Shown here one piece after another: positions 50,881 through 58,950 of a DNA stretch of 64,000 nucleotides. The notes beneath the pieces were generated by a model, which did not search any database, was not told the origin of the DNA, and worked only from the letters and a program-made list of their open reading frames with translations. Each line of letters opens with the position of its first letter. The stretch's first letter is position 1. Source of the stretch: an uncultured virus (IMG/VR IMGVR_UViG_3300028048_000127) (lineage: Duplodnaviria > Heunggongvirae > Uroviricota > Caudoviricetes); the IMG/VR virus record IMGVR_UViG_3300028048_000127. The stretch is one strand, 5' to 3'. The translations under genes and the position numbers were made by a program.

Positions 50881-51294
50881 ATGAAAGTTAATAATTATGA
50901 ATTAAAAGTAAATAATGTTGGTTCAGGAGAATTATATGCCTTTAGAAACGGCGATAAAATTCTCATTGATGTCCTTGACATTAAAGACAAAAATTCTGTT
51001 CAAGTCGAACAATTAATCAAAGAAACTCTTGAAAAACACCAGATTGAAGTTGTTGATGTGGAAGAAACTATTCTTGAAAAGTCAGATTTGACCGATCGTA
51101 AATCCGATTTGTCTTTAGTTAGACATTCCATGAGAAAAATTCTCAAAAATTTCGGAAGCACAAAAGTTTCTTTAGACGAAAAGAAAGAATTATTAGAAGT
51201 GTATGAAACAATGTGCAAAGCATCTAGTGTTATTACAAAGGCTTGTACTGTTGAATTAGCATACGATAGATTTGAAAAAGAAATTGATGAATAG
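50881..51294 (+). CDS. Hypothetical protein
   Basis: Own promoter and AAAGGAG SD. Confidence 0.75.
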   Translation: MKVNNYELKVNNVGSGELYAFRNGDKILIDVLDIKDKNSVQVEQLIKETLEKHQIEVVDVEETILEKSDLTDRKSDLSLVRHSMRKILKNFGSTKVSLDEKKELLEVYETMCKASSVITKACTVELAYDRFEKEIDE

Positions 51295-52015
51295 ATATAC
51301 CGATTTAGAAATAAAATGGATTAAAGAAAATTTTCCTTGCGATGAATCTCGAAAAGAAACTTATGATAGATTTTGTAAGGAATTTGGGAAAACCCATACA
51401 TACAATAGTTTTTTGTGTGAATCTAAAAAGTTTAAATTAAGAAAACCAGAAGCTAGAAAATGTTATCAAAAAGGTAATCGTACCTGGTCGACTGGCTTAA
51501 GTAAAGAAGAGCATCGATCACATTTTACAAAGGAAAGTTACGAGAGAATGACAAATACAAAAATTCGTAATTTTCCTCATATTCTAAATCGAATTAAATA
51601 CAACGTTCCGGACGGCTACGTTTTAACCGATTTAGGAGATGGCGAAATGATGCAGGTCGAAGAGCCTATTTACAAATGTATGGAATATTTTAAATGTTTA
51701 GGCAAAGGCGATTTAACCAAAGCCGTTTATGAAACATATCGTGTAAAAAGAGAATTAGAAAAGGTAAAAGGTAAACAAATTCGTATTGGTACACAATATA
51801 ATACCAGAGAATATATGAGTTCGATTCGTAAAATAGCGAACTATAAAAGGAAAATTTGCATTGTAGCGAAACGCGATAACGAGGTTCGTGAATTTGCTTC
51901 TATTAGCGAAGCAAGTCGAGAACTAGGCATATCGATCGGTTGCATATCTAGAGTTGTAAATGGGCTTAGAAATCATACTCATCATTATAAATTTTATATT
52001 AAAGAACACGCATAA
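51287..52015 (+). CDS. Protein with C-terminal NUMOD1-like HTH (homing-endonuclease-type DNA-binding module)
   Basis: REFASISEASRELGI..GCISRV..G.R.....YKF; no HNH or GIY-YIG catalytic motif seen. Confidence 0.65.
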   Translation: MNRYTDLEIKWIKENFPCDESRKETYDRFCKEFGKTHTYNSFLCESKKFKLRKPEARKCYQKGNRTWSTGLSKEEHRSHFTKESYERMTNTKIRNFPHILNRIKYNVPDGYVLTDLGDGEMMQVEEPIYKCMEYFKCLGKGDLTKAVYETYRVKRELEKVKGKQIRIGTQYNTREYMSSIRKIANYKRKICIVAKRDNEVREFASISEASRELGISIGCISRVVNGLRNHTHHYKFYIKEHA

Positions 52016-52075
52016 AAACAAACTTGACATTTCGTCTTATTATGCTAACATATATAGCGTAAGGAGACAAAACGC

Positions 52076-52148
52076 AATGAATAGAATACATTGGTCAAGT
52101 TATCAAAATAACGAATCGATTATGGATTCTATTTTCCGTTGCGACTAG
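52076..52148 (+). CDS. 23-aa peptide heading the tRNA transcript
   Basis: Promoter TTGACA(52024), AAGGAG SD, hairpin terminator at 52177-52208. Confidence 0.35.
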
Positions 52149-52213
52149 TTTCTTTGCTATCTGTACCCCTTTCGTGAAGAAGCGTGTCACAACGATACGC
52201 TTCTTTTATTTAT

Positions 52214-52289
52214 GTTGAGACGAATCTGACAGTTTAGATGATAGTCTGTGAAACTATATTACTCAGTGCAACTCTGAGGTCTCAACCCA
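52214..52289 (+). tRNA. tRNA-His(GTG)
   Basis: 8-bp acceptor including G-1; ATAGT-CTGTGAA-ACTAT; encoded CCA. Confidence 0.85.
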
Positions 52290-52292
52290 AAC

Positions 52293-52367
52293 GGCCCTAT
52301 AGAATATCGGTCAGTTCACGACACTTTCAATGTCGATAGCCCAGTTCGACTCTGGGTAGGGTCACCA
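52293..52367 (+). tRNA. tRNA-Glu(TTC)
   Basis: CGACA-CTTTCAA-TGTCG; TTCGA T-loop; CCA. Confidence 0.9.
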
Positions 52368-52371
52368 AAAT

Positions 52372-52457
52372 GGAGAGTTCGTCAAATTGGTATGACATCT
52401 GTCCTGAAAACAGACGTGGCAAAACACATTAGAGTTCGAGTCTCTAACTCTCCGCCA
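52372..52457 (+). tRNA. tRNA-Ser(TGA) with C33
   Basis: TCTGT-CCTGAAA-ACAGA; long variable arm; G73; CCA. Confidence 0.8.
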
Positions 52458-52462
52458 ATTTT

Positions 52463-52537
52463 ACTCCCGTAGCTCAAAGGTAAGAGCGCTCGTCTTATAA
52501 ACGAGATATAATAGTTCAAGTCTATTCAGGAGTACCA
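52463..52537 (+). tRNA. tRNA-Ile(TAT)
   Basis: CTCGT-CTTATAA-ACGAG; A73; CCA. Confidence 0.85.
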
Positions 52538-52538
52538 T

Positions 52539-52614
52539 GGACCGGTAGTGCAAAGGTTACCATGCCACACTGTCAATGTGGAGATTGCGAGTTCGATTCT
52601 CGTCCGGTCCGCCA
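52539..52614 (+). tRNA. tRNA-Asp(GTC)
   Basis: CCACA-CTGTCAA-TGTGG; G73; CCA. Confidence 0.9.
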
Positions 52615-52620
52615 CGAAAC

Positions 52621-52708
52621 GGAAGGTTACTCAAGGGGTTAAGAGGTTCGTTTGCTAAACGAATAGGTCCGTAGCGATGCGTAGGTTCAAATCCTACACC
52701 TTCCGCCA
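52621..52708 (+). tRNA. tRNA-Ser(GCT)
   Basis: TTCGT-TTGCTAA-ACGAA; long variable arm; CCA. Confidence 0.9.
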
Positions 52709-52712
52709 ATAA

Positions 52713-52790
52713 GGGTCTCTAGCTCAATTTGGTCAGAGCCGTCGGCTGTTAACCGAAAGGTTAGAGGTTCAAGTCCTCTGAGACCCGCCA
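52713..52790 (+). tRNA. tRNA-Asn(GTT)
   Basis: TCGG-CTGTTAA-CCGA; CCA. Confidence 0.9.
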
Positions 52791-52793
52791 TAT

Positions 52794-52864
52794 TGCTGTA
52801 TAGTCTGGGACAAAGTTCGGCTCATACCCGAATCAGTCTGGTTCGATTCCAGATGCGGCAACCA
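52794..52864 (+). tRNA. tRNA-Met(CAT)-like with reduced D-arm
   Basis: TTCGG-CTCATAC-CCGAA; D-arm only GTC-TGG-GAC; CCA. Confidence 0.7.
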
Positions 52865-52869
52865 AATAT

Positions 52870-52954
52870 GGGCAGATAGCCAAGCGGCAACGGCAACTGA
52901 CTGTAAATCAGTCTTCGATCGAATTCGTAGGTTCGAGTCCTACTCTGCCCACCA
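52870..52954 (+). tRNA. tRNA-Tyr(GTA)
   Basis: ACTGA-CTGTAAA-TCAGT; variable arm; CCA. Confidence 0.9.
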
Positions 52955-52955
52955 T

Positions 52956-53029
52956 ATCAGTCTCGTCTAATAGTAGGACTACGGTCTCCAAAACCGTCTA
53001 TCTGGGTGCAATTCCTAGGGCTGGTGCCA
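52956..53029 (+). tRNA. tRNA-Trp(CCA)
   Basis: ACGGT-CTCCAAA-ACCGT; CCA end. Confidence 0.85.
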
Positions 53030-53030
53030 T

Positions 53031-53107
53031 CGGGAAGTAAACGAATTGGTAGAGTTATGAGGCCTTGACCCTCAGTTGTGTAGGTTCGATCCCTACCTTC
53101 CCGTCCA
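53031..53107 (+). tRNA. tRNA-Gln(TTG) with C33
   Basis: TGAGG-CCTTGAC-CCTCA; CCA. Confidence 0.85.
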
Positions 53108-53154
53108 TCAAAAAAATCAGACTTGACAAAAGTTTTATATATGCTATCATATTA

Positions 53155-53778
53155 GTGCAGTCGAAAGATTGCACACAATTTACAACCAGGTGAAGTCATC
53201 TTGATGATGGCCTGGGTCCAACCGAGAATAACTAACTAATCGGGATACTGATTAGAAGGGAAGACCGTTAGGAAACAAAACGGTATTCGAGCAATCGCTT
53301 CGGTTGGTGGCGCATTATGGCAGTCGATGTAAATATTTGTGTGTCAGCAATCTACAAGAGGCTCTGTAGCAATACATCCCACCAAGGCAACTAGATATGA
53401 GAAATCTGGTACACCGGTACTCAAAGAAAGATTGGCGACTTGATGTCTAGCAATAGACTATAACTGATACACAAGAATAAGTAGCCGAACGTCGGACAAA
53501 ATCCCAGTAACGGATTAGGTCAGTGGCTAGACCGTTAGTCTTCTAAACTAAAAGTCGTGGGTTCGAATCCCACATTCGTGTCAATGCTGAACCTCGGTGA
53601 ACATTGGAAGATAATTGAAGTTCTTCCCATCGTCCGTCGCAAGACTATTCTAGAAGCCGAAAGGTAGCTCCTCTCGTCTCAGCCTAGAGTAGATGTGTAT
53701 GAATAACAGATTCTGCTAAGTGATGTAAGACGAAAGTCTGTAAATTGTAAAAGGACCATCAGCAATGATGGTTTTTTT
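53155..53778 (+). ncRNA. Large (~620 nt) structured ncRNA, GOLLD/ROOL class candidate
   Basis: Own promoter (TTGACA 53123, TATCAT 53145); no ORF; 5' ACAATTTACA pairs with 3' TGTAAATTGT; several GAAA/GCAA tetraloop hairpins; terminator at 53750-53778. Confidence 0.75.
53509..53581 (+). tRNA. tRNA-Arg(TCT)-like domain embedded in the large ncRNA
   Basis: D-arm GGTC/GACC; TTAGT-CTTCTAA-ACTAA; GTGGG-TTCGAAT-CCCAC; 6-bp acceptor; no CCA. Confidence 0.75.
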
Positions 53779-53832
53779 CTTAACTTGACTCAATAATATA
53801 TATATGATATTATATAAAATAAGGAGAAAGAT

Positions 53833-54180
53833 ATGATAAAAGAAATTAAAAATTACCAAACCACTTTATTGTTTTTTGCAGATATAATCTATAACTCTGA
53901 CATTTCGGAACAAACCAAAATGCAAGTACTTAATCTATTTAAAAAAACTAATGAATCATTAGAAAATGAACGTCAATTTTACTTAGCGGCTCGTAAATGC
54001 AAAAACTTAATCGAACGTAACGGTAATAAAATAATTATTACGATACCAGACGTTAAGAAACGCAATATTAATGTTCACACCGTTGCGGCATACGAATTCG
54101 CACAAGGGGTTGAGAAAAGATACAAAACTGTTGTAAAAAAAAGCAAAAAACTAAAAGTTGTACCTCTAAAAAGAATTTAA
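53833..54180 (+). CDS. Hypothetical protein
   Basis: Own promoter and AAGGAG SD. Confidence 0.75.
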   Translation: MIKEIKNYQTTLLFFADIIYNSDISEQTKMQVLNLFKKTNESLENERQFYLAARKCKNLIERNGNKIIITIPDVKKRNINVHTVAAYEFAQGVEKRYKTVVKKSKKLKVVPLKRI

Positions 54181-54192
54181 TATAATATATTT

Positions 54193-54340
54193 AATCTAGA
54201 AATTTGAAGAACAGCACTAGGCCAAGGGGTTATTGGTGTGAATTCACTAGATTGCAAAATAAGACTAGAGATGAAACTGCGGTAAAATCTAGTCTAAGTT
54301 ATCCTGTCCCTAGATGTGCTTCGGCCTCTAGGGCTTTTTT
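54193..54340 (+). ncRNA. Putative ~150-nt ncRNA
   Basis: TTGTAC-17-TATAAT promoter; AGACTAGA/TCTAGTCT stem; CCCTAGA/TCTAGGG + T-run terminator. Confidence 0.5.
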
Positions 54341-54431
54341 TATACGTACGTACGCGCGTTTCCTCTTATTATATACAAACTTGACATTTGTTAAGATATA
54401 TACTATCATATATAGCAGAGGAAAGAAATAT

Positions 54432-54773
54432 ATGAAATTTGATGAAAATTGGTGCGATAAGAACGGAGATTTAATTCTCAAGAAAGTTCCGTACGATAGA
54501 CCAAAGGATTGGCCCGAGATTGATTATAAAGTTCTGAAAGAACGTTTCGAATATCTCGATGGCGTTGAGTCTCTGATGGTAAATAATACGTGTCGAACCA
54601 CAGAGGTTGCTATCAAAGCGATCGAACGGAAACGAAAAGCTGACGATGATTCATTTTCGTTCCTATCGCATTACGCCAAAGAAAAAGCCAAAGATCATTA
54701 TATTAGAACGCACTATAACGATCTGGAAGCAGACAACTACGAACGTCAAGAAGAAAGACAATTAAACGGATAA
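54432..54773 (+). CDS. Hypothetical protein
   Basis: Promoter TTGACA(54381) and GAGG SD place the start at 54432. Confidence 0.7.
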   Translation: MKFDENWCDKNGDLILKKVPYDRPKDWPEIDYKVLKERFEYLDGVESLMVNNTCRTTEVAIKAIERKRKADDDSFSFLSHYAKEKAKDHYIRTHYNDLEADNYERQEERQLNG

Positions 54774-54786
54774 AGGAGAAATAGTT

Positions 54787-55443
54787 ATGGAAAAAGAATA
54801 TCAAAAAATCGGAAATGTATTTAAGTTTGATGAAAAATTCAGAACTATCGTTGGGTTGAATGAACCTTATGAAACTTTAAAGAATATTATTTGGCAAGGC
54901 ACTGAAAAGATTGACGGCACAAATATTCGTATTCATTGGGACGGTCATAACATTGAGTTCGCTGGCCATACTGACAAAGCACAAATTCCACCAAAACTTC
55001 AAACTTATTTAGAGTCTGTGTTCAAAGTCCCAGAGATGGAATATATTTTTGAACAAGTCTTTGGTGAGTCTGAAGCATATATCTTTGGTGAAGGTTTTGG
55101 TGCTGGAATTCAAAAGTCTGGTGGAGACTATATAGAAAACGGAACTGATGTTTCTTTCATTGTCTTTGATGTTCAAATCGATGGCTGGGATCTTGATAGA
55201 AAAAACACTACCAACGTCGCTACTAAACTTGGTTTACCATCTGTCCCTGTTTGCTTTGAAGGAACTTTAGATGAAGCTAAGGCTTATGTTGCTGAACACC
55301 ACATGTCTACTCTTAATGGCGGAAAGCATGAAATGGAAGGTTTAGTTTTAGTACCAAGAGACATCCAACTTTATGACAAGAAGCATAAACTCATCAAGTG
55401 CAAATGCAAATACAGAGATATGGTTAGAGCAGGATTGGTATGA
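54787..55443 (+). CDS. RNA ligase (Rnl2-like nucleotidyltransferase)
   Basis: EKIDGTN motif I, IFGEGFG, FIVFDV, EGLVL, K.K. Confidence 0.85.
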   Translation: MEKEYQKIGNVFKFDEKFRTIVGLNEPYETLKNIIWQGTEKIDGTNIRIHWDGHNIEFAGHTDKAQIPPKLQTYLESVFKVPEMEYIFEQVFGESEAYIFGEGFGAGIQKSGGDYIENGTDVSFIVFDVQIDGWDLDRKNTTNVATKLGLPSVPVCFEGTLDEAKAYVAEHHMSTLNGGKHEMEGLVLVPRDIQLYDKKHKLIKCKCKYRDMVRAGLV

Positions 55444-56156
55444 GAAATTACAACGTCTATTTATCACTAATGGAAAAGTCTCTTGATGAGAAACTTTTCT
55501 TTACAAAGGAACTCAACCTTAGTAAGTTCAAACGCATCATTGATTTCGGTTGCGGAAAGGGCGATATTTTAAAAGCCGTTTCTCAACAAACTAATGCAAA
55601 ACTTATCGGTATAGATCACGACAAAACGATGCGAGACATAGCGCAACTTAACGTACCGAACGCGACGTTTCATGACGAACTGAAGCGCGATATGATAAAA
55701 CGCGACACTTTGATCATTTTCTCTTCGGTTCTTCATGAAGTCGAAGATTACTGGTTTAAATTGAAACATATCGTAGAAAAAACTGGCGCAACGTTAGCGA
55801 TCCGCGACATGAGGTTTTCTGCACATATTATGAAGATTTCTAGGCAGAATTTAGCGAAACTAATAAAGCATGCAAATCCCCAACATTTATCGGAATTCAC
55901 CGCAAAATACGGATTATTTACTGATAAGGATATGTATCATTTCTTACTTAAATATTCATATGTGGACAACTGGGAACTAGAGTTAGAAGAAGATTACTTT
56001 GGCTTTAATTATCAAAGTTTGCTATCATTAGGTAAGGTTATTTATCAAAAGAATTACACATTAAAATATAAGAAAGAACGCGTAAAGGAAGACTTCGATA
56101 TTAACTTAACAAAACCAACACACACTATGTTAATTATTAAGGTGAAAGACAAATGA
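55440..56156 (+). CDS. Class I SAM-dependent methyltransferase
   Basis: IIDFGCGKG, LIGID, FSSVLHE. Confidence 0.85.
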   Translation: MRNYNVYLSLMEKSLDEKLFFTKELNLSKFKRIIDFGCGKGDILKAVSQQTNAKLIGIDHDKTMRDIAQLNVPNATFHDELKRDMIKRDTLIIFSSVLHEVEDYWFKLKHIVEKTGATLAIRDMRFSAHIMKISRQNLAKLIKHANPQHLSEFTAKYGLFTDKDMYHFLLKYSYVDNWELELEEDYFGFNYQSLLSLGKVIYQKNYTLKYKKERVKEDFDINLTKPTHTMLIIKVKDK

Positions 56157-56932
56157 AAAAATTCTTAAGAAAATACAAGAAACAATTATTGCAAATTTTA
56201 TTAGTAGTAGGCATTGGCATAGTAATTAGCGCAATCTTCCTTTTAATATTTTTCTTAACAGGAGTTTTTTACATCGATGGAGGCGTCAAGTTTAACGCCG
56301 AACTTTTCGCAGCGCTCCGCAACAATCCGCTTCTTTATGTTGTGTATATTGCCGTAGAGGCTATTGGCGCAACTTTGCTTTGTATGAATCCGATCGGTAG
56401 TGGTGTGTTTGTGTGGCTTGGTATCGCACTGTTCGGTCCTACTTGGAAATGTTTCTTAGCGGCCTTTGCCGGTTGCTTCTTATCTTATATTTTGATTGAT
56501 GCGCTAGGAAGATTCGGTGGCGCGAAACTTATTATCAAGATCCTGGGCGAAGAAGATTACAAAAAGGTAGAAGATCTCATCAATAAAAAAGGATACACAT
56601 ATATACCTATTATTTACTTATTGCCCGTTTTTCCAGATGATTTAACTTGTTTAGTTGTAGGAACTATGAAGTTCAAGTGGTGGTACCATATGCTATCAGC
56701 ATTTATAGGAAAAGCGGTAGGCATCGCAACTGTTGTATTTGGTGTCTCTTTGATACCAACGCAACTGTTCTTGCCGATAACTTTTGATAAATTATATAAC
56801 TGGTTTGTTCTTATCGCTTGCCTTATCGTCTATATCGTTTTAATCTTTAAAGCATCGAAATGGATCGATAAGAAAATTAGCGCTTGGTTAGAAAAACGCC
56901 AGGCAGAAAGGAAACAAAATGAAGAAATTTAA
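56153..56932 (+). CDS. DedA/VTT (TVP38/TMEM64-like) membrane protein
   Basis: LFG..., LGRFGG, YLLPVFPDDL.C.V.G motif; multiple TM helices. Confidence 0.8.
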   Translation: MKKFLRKYKKQLLQILLVVGIGIVISAIFLLIFFLTGVFYIDGGVKFNAELFAALRNNPLLYVVYIAVEAIGATLLCMNPIGSGVFVWLGIALFGPTWKCFLAAFAGCFLSYILIDALGRFGGAKLIIKILGEEDYKKVEDLINKKGYTYIPIIYLLPVFPDDLTCLVVGTMKFKWWYHMLSAFIGKAVGIATVVFGVSLIPTQLFLPITFDKLYNWFVLIACLIVYIVLIFKASKWIDKKISAWLEKRQAERKQNEEI

Positions 56933-57215
56933 AGCACTCTTAGCATTATTACCTCTTCTTTTAACTTCCTGTACAACAACAACAAAGTACACAAAAGAAG
57001 ATATTTCTAGACTAACAGTTTATTACATAATGGAGATGTATGGAGAACAACACGATACTTATTATACCGATGGTTATGAGACTTTCGAAGTCGAGATCAA
57101 AGAGAACGAAGGTAAGATAGAATCTCTAATCGTAACTTATAAAAAGAAAAATAAAGATGCAAAGACTAGAGACTATTCTAATCAATATCCAAGATACATC
57201 ATTACTAAAAGATAA
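56919..57215 (+). CDS. Lipoprotein
   Basis: MKKFK-hydrophobic-LTSC lipobox. Confidence 0.75.
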   Translation: MKKFKALLALLPLLLTSCTTTTKYTKEDISRLTVYYIMEMYGEQHDTYYTDGYETFEVEIKENEGKIESLIVTYKKKNKDAKTRDYSNQYPRYIITKR

Positions 57216-57265
57216 AACTCATTGTAAATTACATTTTATATTTATAAGGCGGTGTATTTAATTAT

Positions 57266-57469
57266 ATGGTAAACGATATCTTAAAACATACTTGGGGCTT
57301 ATCTATTATTACTTTAACAATCCTAATACTTGTCGCAGCGCCGTTATACATAGCAGGACAACCAATTAAGTTTCTGTTAGCATTAGCTGCGTTTCTTAGC
57401 GCATATGTGCTTCTAGGTATTTTAATAAACGCTATTACATATCTTGTAATCCGCAATAAAAAACGATAA
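57266..57469 (+). CDS. Small two-TM protein
   Basis: Hydrophobicity pattern. Confidence 0.6.
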   Translation: MVNDILKHTWGLSIITLTILILVAAPLYIAGQPIKFLLALAAFLSAYVLLGILINAITYLVIRNKKR

Positions 57470-57478
57470 AATAACGTT

Positions 57479-57847
57479 ATGGATTACGAAGCAAAGAAAC
57501 TTTATGGGTTAGATTCTAATAAGGATTTCGAAATGTCAGATGATAAAATTTCTTACATCACCTCCAATCCTTATTTCAAAAACCATCAGTTCAAGAAGGT
57601 TCCTATCTCTCAACTTGTAAGAGATAACGACCTTGATAATCCTATCTCTTTATCTAATAGAAGAGAAATGTGGGGAGAAAATCCTATCTACCAAAAGCAG
57701 AAGGATACAAATTCTAGAGACGTAATCTACGCAACGCTCCGTAACGGAACGTATCGTCTCGCAAACGGACGCCACAGAATTAAAGCTCTCCAAAACTCCG
57801 GATACGAAAATATTTGGATTCCGGTACTAGAAGAAAAGGGAATTTAA
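57479..57847 (+). CDS. ParB/Srx-like domain protein; probably leaderless
   Basis: VPISQL...YRLANGRHRIKAL...GY..I.I.V; N-terminal EAKKLYGL. Confidence 0.7.
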   Translation: MDYEAKKLYGLDSNKDFEMSDDKISYITSNPYFKNHQFKKVPISQLVRDNDLDNPISLSNRREMWGENPIYQKQKDTNSRDVIYATLRNGTYRLANGRHRIKALQNSGYENIWIPVLEEKGI

Positions 57848-57919
57848 CGATTCCTAGCGTCTTCGTTTATACATAAAAATTACTTAACAGTAATTCCCAT
57901 GTAAGAAAGGAACATCAAT

Positions 57920-58450
57920 ATGCCAACAAAAACAGGAATGGGCGGTAATGCCCCAGAAGCATACGATTCAAAAACAGGAAAATTCATTGAGGACGGTACA
58001 CCAAATGTTCGCCACGATAATCCCGTCGAAGCGAATAAAATAAAGAACCATATCTCACCAGAAAAGATCCAAGAACAATCCGCAGCGAAACAAACCGCTC
58101 CGACATCAAACTTAGGGAAATATGCCAAACCGCATAGTTCAGAAAGAGAAACGGTTCTTAAAGAAGATTTCGGCGTAGAACCAAACGAAACCAAAATGAC
58201 TCGCGCCGAATTTAAAGAACATGCGAACAAAGTGTTAAGAGACTATCTTAGGATGGGTCTTGATAGAGAAGATATTGAAGATATCACACCAGAAAGTGAA
58301 GGTATCCGCATTACTGATCCTATCCATATCAGAACAAAAGATGGTGAATTTAGCGCGTTCGATGAATTAGAACTCGCCGGAGGAAAACGCTACGTAGCGT
58401 ATAAAGACGGCAAGGTACATCTAATTCCAGAAGAAGAAGTAATAAAATAA
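57920..58450 (+). CDS. Putative capsid-internal protein
   Basis: N-terminal PTKTGMGGN..AYDSKTGKF resembles the 11503 gene. Confidence 0.6.
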   Translation: MPTKTGMGGNAPEAYDSKTGKFIEDGTPNVRHDNPVEANKIKNHISPEKIQEQSAAKQTAPTSNLGKYAKPHSSERETVLKEDFGVEPNETKMTRAEFKEHANKVLRDYLRMGLDREDIEDITPESEGIRITDPIHIRTKDGEFSAFDELELAGGKRYVAYKDGKVHLIPEEEVIK

Positions 58451-58653
58451 AACAAAAAGAGATACCGATCAACAGGGTATCTTTTTTTCTTGCCTTCATC
58501 CTGCCGGTAAACTTGACTTATTTAATAAATGTGTATATAATATCATATGCAAAGGACAACAACGGAATTTTATAAAAAATTACTAGCGTCTTCGTTTTAT
58601 GTATAATAGTTGCTAACGCAACCATCATATAGGAAAGGAACATCAACATCAGT

Positions 58654-58950
58654 ATGCTTAATAAAATAGATGTACATAATTTAAAATTAATAAAACTCGA
58701 CTTGAAGGACAAAGAATATAATGATTTAGATTTCGCAAGAAATCCAAACTTTAAATTTGTATTCTCAACATATAATTATAATAAGGATGTGTATAAGAAG
58801 AATTATTTCTTTAAGTATCATCTAGCTACTGGAAAGAAATTTTACGGTAGCAAAGAAGTGATTTGCATTCTTTATGATAAGGATGAGAAATACGTTAATA
58901 TCGTCTTAGAAGAAAGAAGAGAATCGAAATGCAAATTTGCGCAAAGATAA
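58654..58950 (+). CDS. Hypothetical protein
   Basis: Leader homologous to that of the 57920 gene. Confidence 0.6.
   Translation: MLNKIDVHNLKLIKLDLKDKEYNDLDFARNPNFKFVFSTYNYNKDVYKKNYFFKYHLATGKKFYGSKEVICILYDKDEKYVNIVLEERRESKCKFAQR

Noticed and set aside
51287..52015. Active homing endonuclease
   Set aside because: Only the NUMOD1-like HTH is visible; no HNH or GIY-YIG catalytic motif
52372..52457. tRNA-Phe(GAA) or a suppressor tRNA
   Set aside because: The 5-bp stem centres TGA; the long variable arm and G73 indicate Ser. Genes end normally at TAG/TGA, so there is no sign of recoding
53155..53778. Group I intron or tmRNA
   Set aside because: It has its own promoter and terminator with no interrupted host gene; the embedded tRNA has a complete anticodon arm, unlike a tmRNA tRNA-like domain
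54204..54431. N-terminal extension of the 189-aa ORF
   Set aside because: It crosses a terminator and a promoter; the SD supports a start at 54432
55440..56156. Hen1 or a DNA methyltransferase
   Set aside because: Lacks recognisable Hen1 metal-binding motifs and DPPY/NPPY/PC motifs
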